Below, piece after piece: positions 26,201 through 26,201 of a stretch of DNA of 26,201 nt; the stretch's first letter is position 1; every line of letters begins with the position of its first letter. The position numbers and the translations under genes were made by a program. The DNA is taken from IMG/VR virus record IMGVR_UViG_3300020403_002640, positions 1 through 26,201 of that record; one strand, 5' to 3'. This DNA comes from a virus (taxonomy: Duplodnaviria; Caudoviricetes). Under the pieces are notes generated by a model. It saw nothing but the letters and a program-made list of their open reading frames with translations. It was not told the origin of the DNA and did no database searches.

Positions 26201-26201
26201 G

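Noticed and set aside
1-26201. Stop-codon recoding as seen in some large phages
   Set aside because: ORFs tile the window fully under code 11, and TAA, TGA and TAG all end genes at sensible, often coupled, positions.
1-26201. Eukaryotic giant virus origin (these also encode fibre glycosylation)
   Set aside because: AGGAG Shine-Dalgarno sites, ATGA-coupled operons, -35/-10 promoters and phage fibre motifs indicate a bacterial host.

Overview
AT-rich, densely coding fragment that is most likely from a large tailed dsDNA phage. The evidence is tail-fibre-like genes, bacterial Shine-Dalgarno sites, sigma70-type promoters, T4-late-like TAA(A/G)TA motifs and translationally coupled operons. The right end (23.2-26.2 kb) encodes virion structural proteins: a fibre with a C-terminal autocleaving-chaperone-like domain and two paralogous Ser/Thr/Gly-rich proteins. 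Directly downstream is a roughly 22 kb enzyme cluster with 8 radical SAM proteins carrying twitch/SPASM-type auxiliary Cys motifs (5 N-terminal, 3 C-terminal), 4 GT-A-type glycosyltransferase-like proteins in two paralog pairs, a QueC-like PP-loop ATPase, an SDR, two 2OG-Fe(II) oxygenases, a repeat-fused methyltransferase and a GNAT-like protein. An inverted cassette headed by a second fibre-like gene interrupts the cluster. My best hypothesis, which is inference only, is a phage-encoded pathway that builds and radically tailors glycans on virion/fibre proteins; DNA hypermodification is the main alternative. I saw no rRNA, tRNA, CRISPR array or IS element. All family calls come from motifs read by eye, not from database searches.
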